Positions 47,104 to 48,856 of a stretch of 48,856 nt of DNA are shown piece after piece (position 1 is the first letter of the stretch; each line of letters opens with the position of its first letter). A program made the translations under genes and the position numbers. The stretch is taken from positions 1-48,856 of the IMG/VR virus record IMGVR_UViG_3300036825_000040. One strand, given 5' to 3'. This DNA comes from a virus (taxonomy: Duplodnaviria; Caudoviricetes). The notes under the pieces are model-generated. The model was not told the DNA's origin. It was given only the letters and a program-made list of their open reading frames with translations, and did not search any database.

Positions 47104-47349
47104 ATGAGCGAAATGACCTTAATCGTGCCCAATGATTGGGTAACCGAAGAAAAGCTCGTCGAGATTACCGGCCTGCGCCCGGGCACTATCGAGCGGGCCC
47201 GCAAAAATTGCTGGATGGTTGGACGGGAATACCTTCACATCTCACCGGACGGCGTGCCGAAGAAAAACAGCGAATGCATGTACAACCGCAAGGCTGTCGA
47301 CCAGTGGGTTGAGAGCATGTCAAAGAAACAGCCGGGTGCGCGCCAATGA
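47104..47349 (+). CDS. xis: Excisionase
   Basis: PNDWVTEEKLVEITGLRPGTI..WMVGREY; directly precedes int. Confidence 0.85.
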   Translation: MSEMTLIVPNDWVTEEKLVEITGLRPGTIERARKNCWMVGREYLHISPDGVPKKNSECMYNRKAVDQWVESMSKKQPGARQ

Positions 47350-47394
47350 AGATCCGTTTATGCTTAGCGGGCTCTTGGACGTCAGGAGGGAATA

Positions 47395-48690
47395 ATGGCT
47401 AAGTCAGCATACCCAACAGGCGTGGAGAACCACGGAGGAACGCTCCGCATATGGTTCATATATAAAGGTAGCCGGGTGCGTGAAAGCCTAGGCGTGCCGG
47501 ATACACCAAAAAACAGAAAGGTCGCTGGCGAGCTTCGCGCGTCGGTGTGCTTTTCAATAAAGACCGGAAGTTTCAACTATGCCGCACAGTTCCCGGACTC
47601 GCCGAACCTTAAAAGGTTTGGGGTGGAGAGCAAGGAAATCACCGTGCTGGAGCTGGCGAATAAGTGGCTGGAACTGAAACGCATGGAGATCAGCACCAAC
47701 GCTATGTCACGCTATTCATCTATAGCGCGCAACATGGTGCCAAGGATTGGCGGGGACAGGCTGGTATCTGCGGTAACGCAGGAGGACCTTCTGTTTATAA
47801 GGAAGGAATTGCTCACCGGTTATCACACCCTGAAGGCTGGGCAGAAAACTCCGGTTAAAGGCCGCTCAGTCAGAACGGTCAACAACTACATGAAGATCAT
47901 GGGCGGGATGTTTAAGTTTGCCGCCGACAGTGGGTATGTCCGAGTGAACCCGTTCACCGGGATCGCCATGCTTAAGCGGTCACGCTGCGAACCTGATCCG
48001 CTGACGCGTGAGGAGTTTGTCAGGATGATTAACGCCTGCGCCCACCAGCAGCTGAAAAACATGTGGTCGCTGGCCGTGTACACCGGCGTGCGCCACGGCG
48101 AGCTTGTGTCGCTGGCCTGGGAGGATATCGACCTGAAAGCGGGTACGATGATGATCCGCCGGAACCACACGTTAACGAAGGAGTTCACCCTTCCGAAAAC
48201 GGAGGCCGGAACGGACCGCATCATTAACCTCATTCAGCCGGCGATTGACGTGCTGAAGAGCCAGGCCGAATTAACACGCCTGGGTAAGCAGTATCAGGTT
48301 GAGGTGAAACTGCGCGAGTATGGCCGTACTGATGTGCATCCGTGCACGTTCGTGTTCAACCCGCAGATCGCACCACGTAATGGCCGTGCCGGGCATCATT
48401 ACGCAGTGGGGTCAATTAACCAGTCGTGGGAAGCGGCAATGCGACGCGCCGGGATTCGCTATCGCAGAGCATACCAGTCCCGACACACGTATGCATGCTG
48501 GTCGTTAGCTGCCGGTGCCAACCCAAACTTCATCGCGAAGCAAATGGGCCACACCGACGCGCAAATGGTTTACCGGGTATACGGATCCTGGATGGCTGAA
48601 AATAACCAGGACCAGGTACTCATACTCAACCAGAAATTGAGTGAGTTTGCCCCATCTATGCCCCACGCTGTGGGATCGGATGGTTATTAA
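47395..48690 (+). CDS. int: Tyrosine integrase with arm-binding domain
   Basis: TGVRHGE, YQSRHTYA and QMGH..MVYRVY catalytic motifs. Confidence 0.96.
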   Translation: MAKSAYPTGVENHGGTLRIWFIYKGSRVRESLGVPDTPKNRKVAGELRASVCFSIKTGSFNYAAQFPDSPNLKRFGVESKEITVLELANKWLELKRMEISTNAMSRYSSIARNMVPRIGGDRLVSAVTQEDLLFIRKELLTGYHTLKAGQKTPVKGRSVRTVNNYMKIMGGMFKFAADSGYVRVNPFTGIAMLKRSRCEPDPLTREEFVRMINACAHQQLKNMWSLAVYTGVRHGELVSLAWEDIDLKAGTMMIRRNHTLTKEFTLPKTEAGTDRIINLIQPAIDVLKSQAELTRLGKQYQVEVKLREYGRTDVHPCTFVFNPQIAPRNGRAGHHYAVGSINQSWEAAMRRAGIRYRRAYQSRHTYACWSLAAGANPNFIAKQMGHTDAQMVYRVYGSWMAENNQDQVLILNQKLSEFAPSMPHAVGSDGY

Positions 48691-48716
48691 TTATAAATAT
48701 CATTAGGTTAGGCAAC

Positions 48717-48856
48717 CTAAACCTGCATGCCCATCACTTCCTGATAAGCAGACACAAGCTTGTTACGCACCTGAATCCCCATCTGCAGGGAAACCGAGGC
48801 TTTTTGCAAATCGGTCATCACATCATTCAGTGCCACGCCCGGCTCGCCGAGGGTGA
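48717..48856 (-). CDS. fliE: Host flagellar hook-basal body protein FliE, 3' end
   Basis: [45 protein letters not shown] followed by a stop. Confidence 0.95.
   Translation of the reverse strand, partial: TLGEPGVALNDVMTDLQKASVSLQMGIQVRNKLVSAYQEVMGMQV
48718..48737 (+). repeat. att core, right copy
   Basis: 19/20 identical to 131..150; overlaps the last fliE codons. Confidence 0.9.

Larger units (their letters stand above)
131..48737. mobile_element. Temperate lambdoid prophage (about 48.6 kb) integrated in the 3' end of fliE
   Basis: Complete module set from integrase to tailspike, bounded by a 19/20-identical direct repeat with host genes outside it. Confidence 0.95.

Noticed and set aside
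311-48508. Numerous antisense or nested ORFs in the track (for example 311..988, 14386..15114, 40776..41546, 45344..46282)
   Set aside because: They are shadows of well-supported genes with no SD or recognisable motifs; only Rz1 was accepted as a nested gene.

Overview
Almost the whole window is one apparently intact temperate lambdoid (long-tailed, ES18-like head/tail) prophage of about 48.6 kb. It is bounded by a 20-bp att core repeat (131..150 and 48718..48737) and is integrated in the 3' end of host fliE in an enterobacterial, probably Enterobacter-like, chromosome, with yedD on the left flank. From right to left it carries int/xis, the early-left operon (KilR-like, Gam-like, Bet, Exo, Dam-like MTase, TraR, ASCH-like), the cI/cro/cII switch with three OL and three OR operators, O/P replication with iterons, the nin region, Q, pinholin/SAR endolysin/Rz/Rz1, terminase, head and tail genes, a tailspike with GH43-like motifs, a gtrABC cassette and an SOS-regulated umuDC/SRAP block. 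The most unusual feature is the roughly 600-nt non-coding pL leader (39098..39695). No N gene is recognisable; instead the leader has an rrn-style hairpin plus boxA, a 3-codon minigene and several closed stem modules. One module contains a 37-44 nt near-perfect copy of 16S rRNA helix 11, and another has weaker resemblance to 23S rRNA. This suggests an rRNA-mimicking phage RNA system (inference, untested). Other candidates include a stand-alone HEPN-motif gene and a RelE/YafQ-like gene with a large insertion. All family calls and rRNA comparisons come from motif recognition and memory, not from database searches.
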